A stretch of 64,000 nucleotides of DNA from Asterias rubens. Lineage: Eukaryota. The stretch spans positions 9,362,001-9,426,000 of the forward strand of contig NC_047083.1 in the NCBI RefSeq assembly GCF_902459465.1. The letters are read 5' to 3'. The first letter of the stretch is position 1, and the number at the start of each line of letters is the position of its first letter. The position numbers and the translations under genes are program-made. Below are positions 38,737-53,200 of this stretch, one piece after another. The notes beneath the pieces were generated by a model. That model was not told the DNA's origin. It saw only the letters and a program-made list of their open reading frames with translations, and searched no databases.

Positions 38737-41140
38737 ATGAAGTGGTTGACGTTCACCATTGTCGTTCTCATGTCTTGTATTAGTGTCTGTAAGTATTTCT
38801 AGTTTGATATTTAAGATTATTTCCAAAGGAGTCAAATGAAAAAGCCGAGGTTTTGATCGGAGTTGCAGTGAGTGTTTTTGATAAAAACACTCATTGCAAG
38901 TCACAGTGTGTGTGTGCTGTGTAATAAGTGTGAGTGTGTGTTGTTTGCATACTGTACTATCTTGCTCGGGTATGATGATGACCAACAACAACTAACGTTC
39001 ACAAAAGCAGATTAATTGATGTGTGGGAAGGGACCAAGATCAAACTAGAAATATCTAATTACAGTATAAAGACAGATTACATTTTTACAAGAATTAGAAG
39101 GAAGGGTTCAGAAAATGACAGACAAAAATAATATTAATTAATAAGTTTTTAGTAACGTTTACTTATGTAAAAAGTCAAACTCTTTTTGGAAAAGTTTCCG
39201 TATGGCGCCACCACTTTTTCATTCGCAATAAAATAATATAGTATCTAACTTACCTGATTGATATATCCCTTTTTGTAAAAATGAGTGAAAAAGTGGTGGC
39301 GCCATACGGAAAGTTATCCCTCTTTTTTATAAAAGTCCACACAACAAACACACCCACTTTTTCTCTCATACCTGCACTCACTTCAGGGACTCACTGTTAG
39401 TTACTCACTCAGTGCGTAGTGTTTCCATATCATGGCACCAACCTCTAAAAGATAATAGTAATACATTCATTTCAACATGTTCAATGAATGAAAAAGTGTT
39501 CACAATTGCAGGCTACGGACACTTTTCCTTTGTTTCGAGATAGATTGGCTGTCGTATCGGGAACTTGGGGCATATTATTACATGTCCTTTATTGGAATAT
39601 TGCCGTGTCCCTCCCTTGTCGTAAAAGAAAGAAAGAAACAAACAAAATTAAACGATTTTCTAAGAAGGTTAACCGAATGTTGGTCCTTATTTCCATTTTT
39701 GCAACATTCCTCCTTAGTAGTTACAAACTAGACCCAGCCAGTAGAAACTGGGGCGCTGTTAGCCCCACTTGTGTAGCCAAGGCTAGCTGGTTAAAATCTA
39801 GTTAAAAACATTTATTTATGTTGACCTTTAAGGCAGTGGACACTATTGGTATTAATTACTCAAAATAATTATCACCATAAAACCTTTCTTGATTACAAGT
39901 AATGGGGAGAGGTTGATAGTATAAAACATTGTGAGAAACAGCGCCCTCTGAAGTGACGTAGTTTTCGAGAAAGAAGTTATTTTCCACGAATTTGATTTCG
40001 CGACCTCAAGTTTAGAATTTGAGGTCTGGAAATCAAGCATCAGAAAGCACACAACTTCGTGTGACAATTGTGTTATTTCTTTCATTATTATCTCGCAACT
40101 TCGACAACCGATTGAGCTCAAATTTTCACAGGTTTGTTATTTTATGCATATGTTGAGATACACCGACTGTGAAGACTAGTCTTTGACTCTTTGACCAATA
40201 GTGTCCTCTGTCTTTAAACATTGTCTACACTACAGTGACAGCCCTGGAGTGTTACTCATGTCGGAATTGCCCAGTGGATTTCAAGGACGACCGGACGGGG
40301 CCTGTTACGGAACAATGTCCACGTGAAGATCCAACAGTCAAGGTCAAGCTAGCCAGATGTAGCAAGCACGTTGAGAGAGATGGAAGTACGTATCAAATAT
40401 ATTACACACCAGAAATAGGGAGACCGCCAACATAGGGCTAGATGAATCAGTTGGTAGAGCGCCGGCACACAAAGGAAAATTGAATGGGACTTGAACCAAC
40501 ATCTAAAAATTGAGTGGGACTCGAACCACCTGGGGAGGTCGTTGGTTCGAGTCCCATTAAATTTTCCTTTGTTCAGCCCAAAAATTAAATATACTTCATT
40601 ATTAAAAGGGTTGGGTCCTTATTGTACGATGCGACACTGTCCACAGATCTACATTAAACTTATGAACAAGATTTGAAGATAATGATGGTAGAAAGCTTGA
40701 ACCCTTTAAAAGGAAAACGTTGCCTTGGATCGGTCGAGATGGTCTTTGAAAAGCATTTCCGTTTGTTATAAAATGCATGTAGTTTTTTGAGAAGTTCCCT
40801 TATTATTGTAAATTACTCAATTGTTTTTGATTATTTATTATGCAGAAATCATCTGAGGCTGCTCAATGGAACCCGAATGCACAAGTTTTTATTAATTTAT
40901 GTAAACTATTCATATATTTTGATTATTCATTATGCAGAAATCAACCGAGGCTGCTCATTGGAACCGGAGTGTACCACTCGCGAAATAATCAGCAAGTGCT
41001 CACATGAATGGAACATGGAAAACACGCACGCGTGCGAGATCTGCTGCGAGGGCGACAGATGTAACGCGGCTACCATGGTAACTGTAAGCTCCGCCCTCTT
41101 TCTCACCGTGGGGGCGCTGTTGGGCCTGTACTATGCGTAA
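38737..41140 (+). CDS. Ly6/uPAR (three-finger) GPI-type protein 1, 134 aa, 3 exons
   Basis: Exons 38737-38788 (signal peptide MKWLTFTIVVLMSCISV, phase 1), 40236-40385 (LTALECYSCRNC...), 40938-41140 (KINRGC...CEICCEGDRCNAATM...LGLYYA*). All GT-AG. Has the CCxxDxCN terminal motif, a hydrophobic C-tail and the phase 1/1 exon layout typical of Ly6 genes. Confidence 0.93.
39188..39320. mobile_element. Small TIR element with GGAAAA...TTATCC(C/G) ends; inverted copy at 31589-31721
   Basis: Internal inverted repeat TTTCCGTATGGCGCCACCACTTTTT. The 39188 copy is flanked by a TCTTTTT direct repeat. Confidence 0.7.
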
Positions 41141-44100
41141 TTGTCTCCTTGGGGCGATTTCACAAAGACCTACGATTGATCTTAACTGCAAATCAATCAG
41201 AGTTGCTTAGTAAAGTGTGATGTCACAATACAAATCTCTTTGTCTTACGATGGATTTTATTGCTTTGTGAAATCGAACCCAGCTATTTTTATGGAAAAGT
41301 TAATAATTGTTTCTTCAAAGTTCCACGGACAGTCCAAGATGAGTAATAATAATAATATTGTCACACTAATATTACAGCATTTGAAAGACATACCTCAGGC
41401 CAGTCAATCAAAATAAATCAAAAGAAATTTATCAAGCGCCAAAATTAAAAGTTTGCTTTAACGCCTTAAGTTAAGGCGCTGATGTATGGGCACAAACAGG
41501 AGAAACGTTATTGATGAAACACCTCCTGAAACAGGTGAGCTTTCAGGAGTGTATTGAATGTATGCAGTGAGGTGGTATCTCTGATGTATTCTGGAAGTTT
41601 AACACTGGACTCGAGCCAGTGTTTTTAGAAGCGGACCAGTAAACTCGGAGCAAAGCTCTGTGGTCTAGTGTTTTTCAATTGAATAGTAGTAGGTTGCCAC
41701 GGAATCACCTTAAAGACACTGGACACTATTGGTAATTGTAAAAGACTAGTCTTCTCACTTGGTGTATCTCAACATAATGCATAAAATAAGAAACCTGTGA
41801 AAATTTGAGCTACATCGATCGTCAAAGTTGCCAGATATTTCTGAAAGAAAAAACACCCTTGTCTCACCATGGTCACATGAAGTTGTGTGCTTTCAGATGC
41901 TTGATTTCAATTTCTCAAAAACTACGTCGTTTCAGAGGACGCTGTTTCTCACAATGTTTTATACTCCCAATTACTCATAATCAAGAAAGGTTTTATGATA
42001 ATAATTATTTTGAGTAATTACCAATAAGTGTCCACTGCCTTTAAAAGGATGCGACTTTCTATTTTATTACTTGATAACTTATTGTGTGTACATTTTTGTA
42101 ACTTTATATCCTGCTTTTTCTACGTCCAAAAGAGTGTACATATTCAAAAAGTGGGTTTTCAATGTTTTATATTAATTTGGATCGGAGCGATATTTTAATA
42201 CTTTTCAGTACTTTAAACAGGGTTAACGCTAACTTTTCTTGAGATTGAGATTTGCTGCTCCTTCAAACGTTCCCCACAACTTTACAGGATTGGGGATTGA
42301 AGTATCCTTTGCAAACTAAAACCAGATCTTTGACGTCTCTTGGAGATTCCAGCCCTGAGCCAAACAAAAAAATATTTTAGATTTTGCTTTGGGTACTTTC
42401 ATTAGCCCTTTGAGATATGGTTGTCACAAGAGGGCGCTGTTTGGATTTATCAGTTTGAGTGTTGAGTGAGTTTTGAATGTGTACTGAAAGTGAAACTTAT
42501 CCTCAAAATTGAGGAAGTATTTGTATTTTTGACCTTGCAAACAATTGAGGCTGTTTTGTTGAATGTTTTTGATACTATGTGCACAGGATCCTGTATTTCC
42601 TGAAATATTGAGTAAAATCAACATTCAAATGCTGGTTTCCTTTGAACTTCTATATAGAGACTTAAAGGCAGTGAACACTATTGGTAATTGTCAAAGACTA
42701 GCCTTCACAGTTGGTGTATCTCAACATAATTATGCATAACATTTATTATAACAAACCTATGAAAATTTGAGCTCAATCGGTCATCGAACTTGCGAGACAA
42801 TAAGGAAAGAAAAAAAACACCCTTGTCACATGAAGTTGTGTGTGTTTAGATGGTCGATTTCGAGACCTCAAGTTCTAAATCTGAGGTCTCGAAATCAAAT
42901 TACTTCTTTCTCGAAAACTATGGCACTTCAGAGGGAGCCGTTTCTCACAATGTTTTATACCATCAACCTCTCCCCATTACTCGTCGCCAAGAAAGGTTTT
43001 ATGCTTATAGTTATGAGTAATTACCAATAGTGGCCACTGCCTTTAAAGGTAGTAAAGGGTCATAGACCATTGTGGACTTTAGTTTAAAACTATTTGACAA
43101 TTAGTGCATTATAGAAACTGAATTTGACCAGGAACTCTTTTTATATGCGTGAAGAGAATCATGTAGGCTATGTAATTGAGTGAACACAGAAATTAAGTAC
43201 ATTGAGTACGTGTAAATATAGTTTTTAGTGCTGTAGAAACTTGTTTTGCTTTCACAAGCTTTTTTTCTACAGGGTACGTTTTTAAATAGCATTCATAAGT
43301 TATTACATAGGGTGGAGGTTTTATAAAAACAAAATAAAGAGGCTGTATTCATTTTATACTATAAAATAAAAATAAAACTCTCCAAAGTTGTCTGTATTTC
43401 TTTTTTGTTATCTATAGTTTCGTCTCATTCGTTCTGTTTTGTACATAAGGGCAGAACATTTCATGAAGCTGTTAAGCAGAAAATTCTGCTTACAAAAAAT
43501 CTTTTCTAGGAAGAAGTAAGTGAGGCAGCAGTCACAACAGTGTGAACTTAATGTAATTTTGGGTGGTCACCTGATTCGGCTAGCAACACTTTTCTGAGTT
43601 ATATGTGCTTAGCACGTTTTTGTGCTTATAACAAGCTTTATGGACTTGAGCCTTGACCATGCACCCTCTTGTGAAAGCTACAGGAAAGTCTTGAGCCAAG
43701 ACTAGTCTGCAATAATGTGGTGAATGGATCTACATCTTCCACAGTTAACCCTCCTACTTCTAACCAGCCATTCAATATCAACCATTGTGGGTTTTGAAGA
43801 GCCAGTTTTTGCCAGTGTCGCATGCAATTATGTCCTCTATGCAATACTATCCGGAGGACATTATTGCATATGCAATAATGTCCGCCAGACGGTTTTGCAT
43901 ATGCAATCGTGTCCGTCCGGACGCCGTGCATAATGCGATTGTGTCCGCCCGGACACATTTGCATATGCAGTTGTCTAATTAATTTAGGTAGACAATCAAA
44001 ATCGGCTAAGACTTTTTCTGATGTCGTAAAGTAGGTTTCAATCACTTGCACGTGTTACTTCTATCTGTCTAGTTCGTGTGAGAATGATTTATTGATGAGA

Positions 44101-47100
44101 GCGCACCCTCTTGTGATAGTAACAGGGGAGTCTTGAACCACGCAAGACATTATGGCAATACTATTCTGCATGCAATGATGTGAATATTATGTGGTGAATG
44201 AATCTACAGAAAATAGACAAATTAGCTGTGCCAACTGCTTACCAACCCAAAGGACCTATAGTGGTTTTATGCCAAAAATAGTTAGTCTGTTTGATATAAG
44301 CTAATTGTGAAAGATTTTAAATCTTTCGCATTATTTTTAAGACCACACTGAGAGCATGCAGTCAATGAGATCTTTCAGACATAGTAAAAGTCGGTTTAAA
44401 GGCACTATTCGCACTAGTCTATTGGTAATTACTCAAAATAACTGTTAGCATAACAAGCAATGGAGAGCTGGGCCCAATTTCATAGAGCTGCTTAAAGACA
44501 CTGGACACTATTGGTAATTGTCAAAGACCAGTCTTCTTACTTGGTGTATCCCAACATGTATGCATAAAATAACAAACTTGTTAAAAATGTGAGCTCAATT
44601 GGTCGTCGAGTTTGCGAGATAATAATGAAAGAAAAAACACCCGTGTCACACGAAGCTGTGTGTTTTCAGATGCTTGATTTCTTCGAGACCTCAAAATCTA
44701 ATTGTGAGGTCTCGAAATCAAAATCGTGGAAAATTGCTTCTTTCTCGAAAACTACGTTCTTTCAGAGGGAGCCATTTCTCATAATGTTTTATACCATCAA
44801 CCTCTCCTCATTACTTGTCACCAAGTAAGGTTTTATGCTAATAACTATTTTGAGTAACTACCAATAGTGTCCTCTGCCTTTTTAAGTAAAATAACATGCT
44901 TCAGTAGAAACATCCTTGCTTTAGTAAAATCAAAATATCGGTGTCGCATGCAATTATGCAATACTATCCGGAGGACATAATTGCATATGCAATAATGTCC
45001 GCCGGACGGTTTTGCATATGCAATCGTGTCCGCCCGGACGCTGCTGCATAATGCAATTGTATTTGCCCAGACACATATGCATATGCAGTTGTGTCCGCCC
45101 CGTGCAAAACCATCCAAGTTCTAAATCTGCGTTCTCGAAATCAAATTAGTGGAAAATTACTTCTTTCTCGAAAACTATGGCACTTCAGAGGGAGCCGTTT
45201 CTCACAATGTTTTATACCATTAACCTCTCCCCATTACTCGTCACCAAGAAAGGTTTTATGGTAATAATTATTTCTACGAATTTGATTTCGAGACCTCAGA
45301 TTTAGAACTTGTGGTCTCGAAGTCAACCATCTAAACGCACACAACTGCGTGTGACAAGGGTGTTTTTTTCTTTCATTAGTATCTCATAAGTTCGATGTCC
45401 AATTGAGTTCAAATTTTCACAGGCTTGTTATTTTATGCATATGTTGAGATACACCAACTGTGAAGTATAGAGGTAAATTAAACGCACTTGGTCGACGGAA
45501 CACGTTTGCCATTTTATTTTACAAGCATGTCATGAATGACATGGGAAATGTTCGGCTGTCGGGTATTCGCTGCAATCATAAAATACGTGAATATTCATGC
45601 AGCATATTATAGGTAGATTCAATGATGCACGCTCGCTTAAGCGCGCACATACCTGTACAGTCATGTACATGTCCGCCCTGGACACGATTGCATATGCAAA
45701 AGTGTCCGGAACGGACAGTATTGCATGGCGGACCCAATTGCATCTGACACCGGCTAAGAGACTCAACTCATAATTATTATGCTAAGTAAACAACAGCTAA
45801 ATACCAGTCACAAGCAATATATGGCATGACAATTTTGGCCAGCAACCTGTGAAAAATAAGCAAGCTATTTTCGTGCTTAAGCAATTTTATTTGCTTAAGC
45901 AGCTCTATGAAATTGGCCCATAGTGTTGATAGTGCCACTGTGAGAAACGGCTCCTCTGCAACGTTGGTTTGAGAACGAAGTAATTTCTCACTAAAAATAT
46001 ATTTGAATAGAATGCGAGACATCAACTGTGCAAACTCGAAATCGAGCATATGAAAGCACCCAACTTGCGTGGCAAGGGTGTTTTTTCTTCCATTATTCAC
46101 TCGCAACTCCGACGACCAAATAAGCACAAATTTTCACAAGCTGTTTGTTATTTTATGCATTATGTTAGATACACCAACTGGGAACAGCCAATACTACGTG
46201 TTTTGGTAACTCAGCAAAAGGTGTCAATGCCCTTAGTGTACAAGGTCAACTCTTAAGAAGGTTGCAACCCATGACGTCAGATGTTTACTATAAACGGCCA
46301 CTTAGTCTGGAGTTATCAAGCGGACATGTTCACGGATCAGTGAATAAAAAATAAAACAAATAAATACCCTTGGATTTTGCACCCATTGTGTTTATCAATG
46401 TGATACGAATAACACATACGAAAACATTTGTTAAGCTCAGATGTCGGTAACGTACAGAAATGTTTTTGCTGGCAGTGTAAGCACTTTATTTAATCTACAT
46501 TATACATAAACTGACAAACCTGTAGAAGTTTGGTTTGAGATCTACCGACCATCTGGGTCACGAACAAAATAGTGAAAAAACAATTACACATATTTCTTAT
46601 GACATTATATAGATTTAAAACAAATGAATAAAACGCTCACTGCGCAATAAACTCCAAACGGAAGTTCTGTGCTTTCATATGCTTTAATTCTAGACCTCAA
46701 AATCTAAATCCGAGGTCTCGAAATCAAAATCGCATAACATTATTTCTTTCTCGAAAACTACGTCACTTCAGAGGGAGCCGTTTCTCACAATGTTTTATAC
46801 TACCAACCTCTCCTCATAACTTGTTACCTAGTAAGGTTTTATGATAATAATTATTTTGAGTAGTTACCAATAGTGTCCACTGCTTTTAATTAACAATAAA
46901 TAATCGGTGAAAATCTAATTTCATGAGGTGATCGTGAGACATAATTGCCGAAAATCTAGAGCGGTATGTCCACGCAGGAAGAATAATGATATATTGGGAT
47001 AATATAATAATATGCTAAAGGCAGTGGACACTATTGGTAATAACTCAAAATAACTATTAGCATAAAACCTTACTTGATAACGAGTAATTGGGAGAGGTTG

Positions 47101-48301
47101 ATAGTATAAAACATTGTGAGAAACGGCTCCCTCTGAAGTGACGTTGTTTTCGAGAAAGAAGTAATTTTCCACGAATTTGATTTCGAGAACTCAAGTTTAG
47201 AATTTTGAGGTCTCGAAATCAAGCATCTGAAAGCACACAACTTCATGTGACAAGGGTGTTTTTTCTTACATTTTCATCTCGCAACTTCGACGACCAATCG
47301 AGCTCAAATTTTCACTGGTTTGTTATTTTATGCATAATGTTGAGATACACCAACTGTGAAGACTAGTCTTTGACAATTACCAATAGTGTCCAGTGTCTTT
47401 AAATTTGCATCATATTTGAACACACAATCTGAGAAACGTTTCTGACAGTAACGTGTCTCATTTTTTTCAAAAAAATTGGGATAGAAATTGATGTATTTTT
47501 TGTCATAACCACATTACTTCGAATATCGCAAGATAGGGATTTGGAATTTCTTAAAAACAATGGCGAAAACCGGACCATCATATGCAAATTTCAGATATTG
47601 CGGAAAAAAGGGACAACATATTACTTGTCTATGTAATTCATCGTTTCTACATCAGTCTTTGGTATGTGTTCCTGCCGAATTCCCAAATAGACATTCCTGC
47701 AATTTTCTCATCATTTTTGTAAGTTTTAGAAACCGTGCATTACATATACAGCTTAGGGGAACCCCCCTACTTGAGCACGCAATAGCGCCCACGTCCCGGA
47801 TGTGTGGTATACAAAGAAGAGATGCGACCAATCAAAATGCAGCACGTGAAAGGACGCTGAGCCTAAATGGTTTGATTGGTTGGTCTACAAAGAAAGCTGG
47901 TGGATTTCTCATTATTTAAAGGAGATGTCTTGTACGAATCTTAATATACCCTTGTAAAAGAAAAGGGAAAACAAAAATAGAACTTGGGCCACTTTAAGGT
48001 ACTGGACTCCTTTGGAAATAGTTCAGTATCACAGAATATTATTCTTACTTGGTGTCAATCGAATCAGGCGCATCATGAACAATCTTTTTTTTTTTTTGGT
48101 GGGGGGGGGGTGGGTTGAGATATCAAACAAAGATAAAACTCTTCGCTTATCAATATTAGTACCAAATGTCTTAAGGTTATTCTCATGCATCTGTCTTTAG
48201 CTTGTTTAGGGGGCCACTTTGTGTTTCGTGGCTCCCGGGGCTGGATGTGTGCCCTAACATCTACAGCATTTTTCTAGTGTTTTAAAATACTTATCCGCTA
48301 T

Positions 48302-48553
48302 CGAAATTTGGCGAGGGGGTATTTTGGGGACGTAGTTGAAGTCATGGGGGGCAAGTAGTAAAATCGGACGTGAAGTAAACGTTTTAAAATAATTGTTCAC
48401 TTTATGCAGATTACTTGCAAGTCTTGTGACTAAAGATTTACATAAAATGAATAATTATTATAAAACGTTTACTTGACGTCCCGGGATTTCTGCAAACTAC
48501 TTGCAAACCATGACTTCAACTACGTTCCCAAAATACCCCCTTGCCAAATTTCG
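48302..48553. mobile_element. ~250 bp foldback element with long imperfect arms
   Basis: cgaaatttggcgagggggtattttggggacgtagttgaagtcatgg... pairs with ...ccatgacttcaactacgttcccaaaatacccccttgccaaatttcg. No TSD found. Confidence 0.6.
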
Positions 48554-50242
48554 CTAAGAGTCCAATAAATTACAAAATGCAAATAGAATCATCTTTGTAA
48601 GAAAACACACTTGTTGCACAAAACAGGCCTGAAGTCTTTTACTATATCCGAGTGCGGAGAAAAGTTACCTCTCTCTCGAAAACTACGTTTCTTCAGAGGG
48701 AGCCGTTTCTCACAACACTTTCAACAGCTCTCCACAATGCTCGTTTTTTGCTAACATTTTGTTTGAGTAATTACAAATAATATAGTATGCAATGGCTCAG
48801 GCAAAGTATATTAATTTTTGGAACCTTTGATTGTTTTAGTTCCATACAAATGTAGCTTTCTTTACCAGCGCATTGTATCTTTGTAAAATGCGCTTAGGCC
48901 TATAAGTCTTACTTATTTATTTATTATATAAATAAACTTAACAAAAACCGGTGAAAATTTAATTTCAAGAAGTGACGGAGCTCTGAGAAAATTGCTGAAA
49001 ATCCAAAGCGACAATGTCCACGCAGGAAGAACAATCTGCAATGTCGGAATACACAATAATGATAAACGTTTCTGACAGTAACGTTTTTCAGATTCTTTTT
49101 TTTAAAGATAACATCTGATATCCTTTTTCCATAGTTTTTGTCTCCGACAACAATTATTTTGAGTAATTACCAAAAGTGTCCAGTGCATTTGAAACATCAG
49201 TTTCAGACCGAGGAAGCGAAATCGAGGCGGGATTTGTAACAACATAATTACCTCACATTACATGTGGAATATATGAATATGTAATTCCATCTTCTCAATT
49301 TTGTACACTATCAACCTCCCCATTACTCGTTATAAAGTAAGGTTTTATGCTAAACAATATTTTGAGTAATTTAACAGTGTCCACTGCCTTTTAACAGTGA
49401 AAATTTGCTGTAAGTCAGGAGAAAAGTAGAGCAAAGACACGTCTCAGACTTTGAAGAGAAAAAAATGGATATGACTTAATTTCAGAGGATAATATTTCAC
49501 ACAGTTCTATAGAAGCATGTGAAATATTATCCTCTGAAATGAAGTCATATCCATATTTTTTTCTTACAGAGTAAACTTTATAGCGTTTGTACGTTATTAT
49601 TATTTTTTCCGGATCATGGGCTATTTTTTCTTCTTTTCAGATAATACAGTTTTCTTGGATAAGACTTCATTTCAGAGGGAAACAATCCACAGTTAGAAAA
49701 CAAAAATGCTTCTAGTGTGAACTTCAAACTTGTTAAACAACGATGTTTTTTAGTATCCTGTCCTGGGAGTAGGGTAGGCCTGCAGCCGAGTTCACGAAAT
49801 GCCAGGACAAATTAATTCTGTCTCGAGTTAGTACGAGTACACTCGTCCTAACTTGGGTTCTGTGCGTCCTAACGTCTATCGATACGGAACGAATTCGTTC
49901 GAAGTCCTAAGATTAATCCTAAGTTAGGAAGAGTTTGGTGAAAACGACGGCTGCCCCTTTAAAGAGAAATTATTACCCTTACCAACGCATAATTATAGAT
50001 CGTGACCCTGGCATATATCAGCAGGCATCTGCGATTTCACTCAACACAAAAAGACCTAGACACGCAGTACGAGTTTAGCTATCAACTCGTGCAGACGTCA
50101 ATACCAAGTGTAAAAAACCCTCCTGATTTTTTACAACCTTACACAAAAACCAGACAGTTTGCAGTCAAAACTACCTCAGTTTCGTCGAGGAATTGCAGTG
50201 GACTTTTTCAGTGATACTTTGTACGTACATTCTCAGTTGAAA

Positions 50243-53200
50243 ATGAAGGCATTTTACGCGGTTCTTCTGCTGGCTGTGTGTGTAGCACGAGGTATGTTTT
50301 TCACTTTAATAACGAGCAGCCATTTTGTGTGCAGTATTATTTGGGTGTGGTAATTTTTTATGTTATGATACTCGATACTATACTGCATGCCTCACTGGTG
50401 GTGGGCTTCGCATCTTATGAAGTAGGAATGACTCACCATAGTAGCCAGTATATTTAGGGTGGTTCTGGAAACTTCCGTCCCTTGATGCTTCACAAAGACA
50501 GAGGCCCTTTTCGAAATGACGGCTTCGGCTTTGGATTCGGGCTTACATGGCGGTTTAAGGCTCCGTTCTATCGACTGAATCGCGCGTGCACGCAAAGCAC
50601 GTGCAAAATTGTTTAAACAAACAGGCGGGCCCCAGCCCGAGCCGAATCCAAAACAGAAGCCGTGGTTTCGAAAGGGCCTATGAGCTAATAAATGCAAATC
50701 AATCGTAGTTGCTAAGTAAAGTGTGATGTCACAATACAAATCAATATGGTATTACTGACAACATGTCTTGGGATGTATTGCTTTGTGAAACCGGCCCCTG
50801 GGCCCAATTTCATAGATAGAACTGTTAGTGTTTAGCAGAAAACACTGCGTGACAAATTTCTTTGTTAAGCAAAAGGACGGCTTTGTGGAGGTGCTGGTCA
50901 CACGTTTCTCCTTGCAACTAACTGGCTTGGTATTTTTAATCTATTTTGTTTCATCTTTATTTATCGTTTTTTTTAATTTTATGCCAGGACACTATTGGTA
51001 ATTATACTCAAAATAACTATTAGCACAAATCAGGAAATCCATTACCAATAGTGTCCAGTGTCTTTAAAAACTAAAACTAAACTAAACTAAAAGTTGAGTG
51101 GGGCTCCAGTGTCAACAATCAAACCTTATTTTAAATTTTGCCTGGTAACCTGTCTCTGTTAAGCAATACTTTTCTTTGCTGAGCAAGTTTTTGAGCCTGT
51201 ACAGGCTTTATGAAATTAGGCCCCACTGTGACCCCTCCTATAGGAAGCAACTTTAAATAATTATAACACAACTCTTGCTTGTTCTGTTTTCTGGTTGCCT
51301 GAAACAAAGGTCACGTGGGGTGAACTAACACTAGTGCCTAAAAAGTGTTTTAAAATAGTGCCTGGTTACATCGCCCTCTCTTGACGTGAACCATGAACAG
51401 CAACTAAATAACTTTCTTTCTTTTCCAAATTTCTTGTCTTATTTCACATTTAAGACAGAGCTTTGTTATAAAACAAATATTGACTGGGATAGTTCAGTAA
51501 CTAGTGCATCTATTCCCCGAGGGCCTTTGAGTGACCCGAAGAGGGACCTATTTCCCGAGGCCAAAGGGGGGGGGGGGATAGACATACACTCGTGTGGTCT
51601 TGACCAGTTGACATTTCGAACAGTAAAAAAAATATAATATATTTTTGAGAACTTTTTGTTTTGTTTTTTTGTTTTCATTGCCTGAGCACCTTGGTGCATT
51701 TGACACAATTTCGTTAGTTATTATTATTATTATGTTTGGTTTATTGCAGCATCGGCTCTGAAATGCTACACATGCACTGATTGCCATCTTTCTGGATTTC
51801 TGGCAATTGTCGAGAACTCGGCTGAATGCAGTGTTTTTCAGGGCAGCTGCAGAAAGACAGTGACTGGCGGCGGTAAGCTTGTTTTTAAATGAAATTGGCC
51901 CACTGGTTTTCCTCAACCTAACGCTAATTTTGAGCAGAAAATGTTCATGAATAGATACAATAAAAGTCACAATTGACAGTTCAGTGGAGTTTACTTTAAT
52001 TGTCGTGAAAACAGCAACAAAACCTGGCACATTCTCTTCAACAAAGTCAAATGTTTAGTCACGTGACAGCGAGTACCAACTACCGCTCTGTTTCTATACA
52101 GGGCGAGAGTCAAAATGAAGTTGACTGAGATTTATGATTTAAAAACAAAACACCAACTGACACTCAAAACCCCAGTGAAGCACATAATTAAACAAGCATT
52201 CTTTCCTGCTTACTTGAAGTAAAGAATGAATCAAATTAATCATTCCTAAGTCTGTTTTACTGAAAGCACTCATGTGAGTAGCTGTCCATTGAATGTTAAA
52301 GGCAGTGGACACTACTGGTAATTGTCAAAATAATTATTAGCATAAAACCTTACTTGATAACGAGTAATTGGGAGAGGTTGATGGTATAAAACATTGTGAG
52401 AAACCACTCCTTCTGAAGTGCCATAGTTTTCAAGAAAGAAGTAATTTTCCATGAATTTCATTTCGAGACCTCAAGTTTAGAATTTGAGGTCACGAAATCA
52501 ACCATCTAAACGCACACAACTTCGTGTGACAAGGGTGTTTTTTTCTTTCATTATTATCTCACAAGTTCGATGACCAATTGAGCTCAAATTTTCACCTGTT
52601 TGTTATTTTATGCATAAGTTGAGATACACCAACTGTGAAGGCTAGTCTTTGACAACTATCAATAGTGTCCACTGCCTTTAAAGACACTGGACACTATTGG
52701 TAATTGTCAAAGACCAGTCTTCCCACTCGGTTTATGTCAACATATATGCATACAATAACAAACCTGTGATGAATGATCAATTTGTTCAGTCTTGTTATCT
52801 AATAAGCAGGAGAGTGCTTGTTAAATATTAGCTTAACTGAACTTTTGAAGAAAAAAAAATACACTTCACCAATCCCAGTCAACTTCTTTTTGACACGCCC
52901 TGTATATAAAAGGAAGACTGTCGACAGATAGCTACGTACATTTTTCCAACTCATTAGAAACCAGGGATATGAAGAGCAACTTACTTTCACAGGGTAACAA
53001 ATTCATCGTATTACTAGAGCTTTGTGCAACCTTAGGAAAAGGCGCTGGTGCTATTATTATATTGGTAGTGCCCCAGCACGTTAAAGATGTCAGTTTTTTG
53101 GTCGATTTGACCCAAACATTTTGATTTAAAATTCAATAGATTTTTGATAGGGGTTCGAGAAAGTTACAAGCTTTCATTTCAGCCATTGCTTGAAAAGTCC

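Noticed and set aside
50392-50739. 115 aa minus-strand ORF conserved at 62870-63163
   Set aside because: The conservation is explained by the recent duplication. It lies antisense in Ly6 intron 1 and partly in a Harbinger-like repeat.
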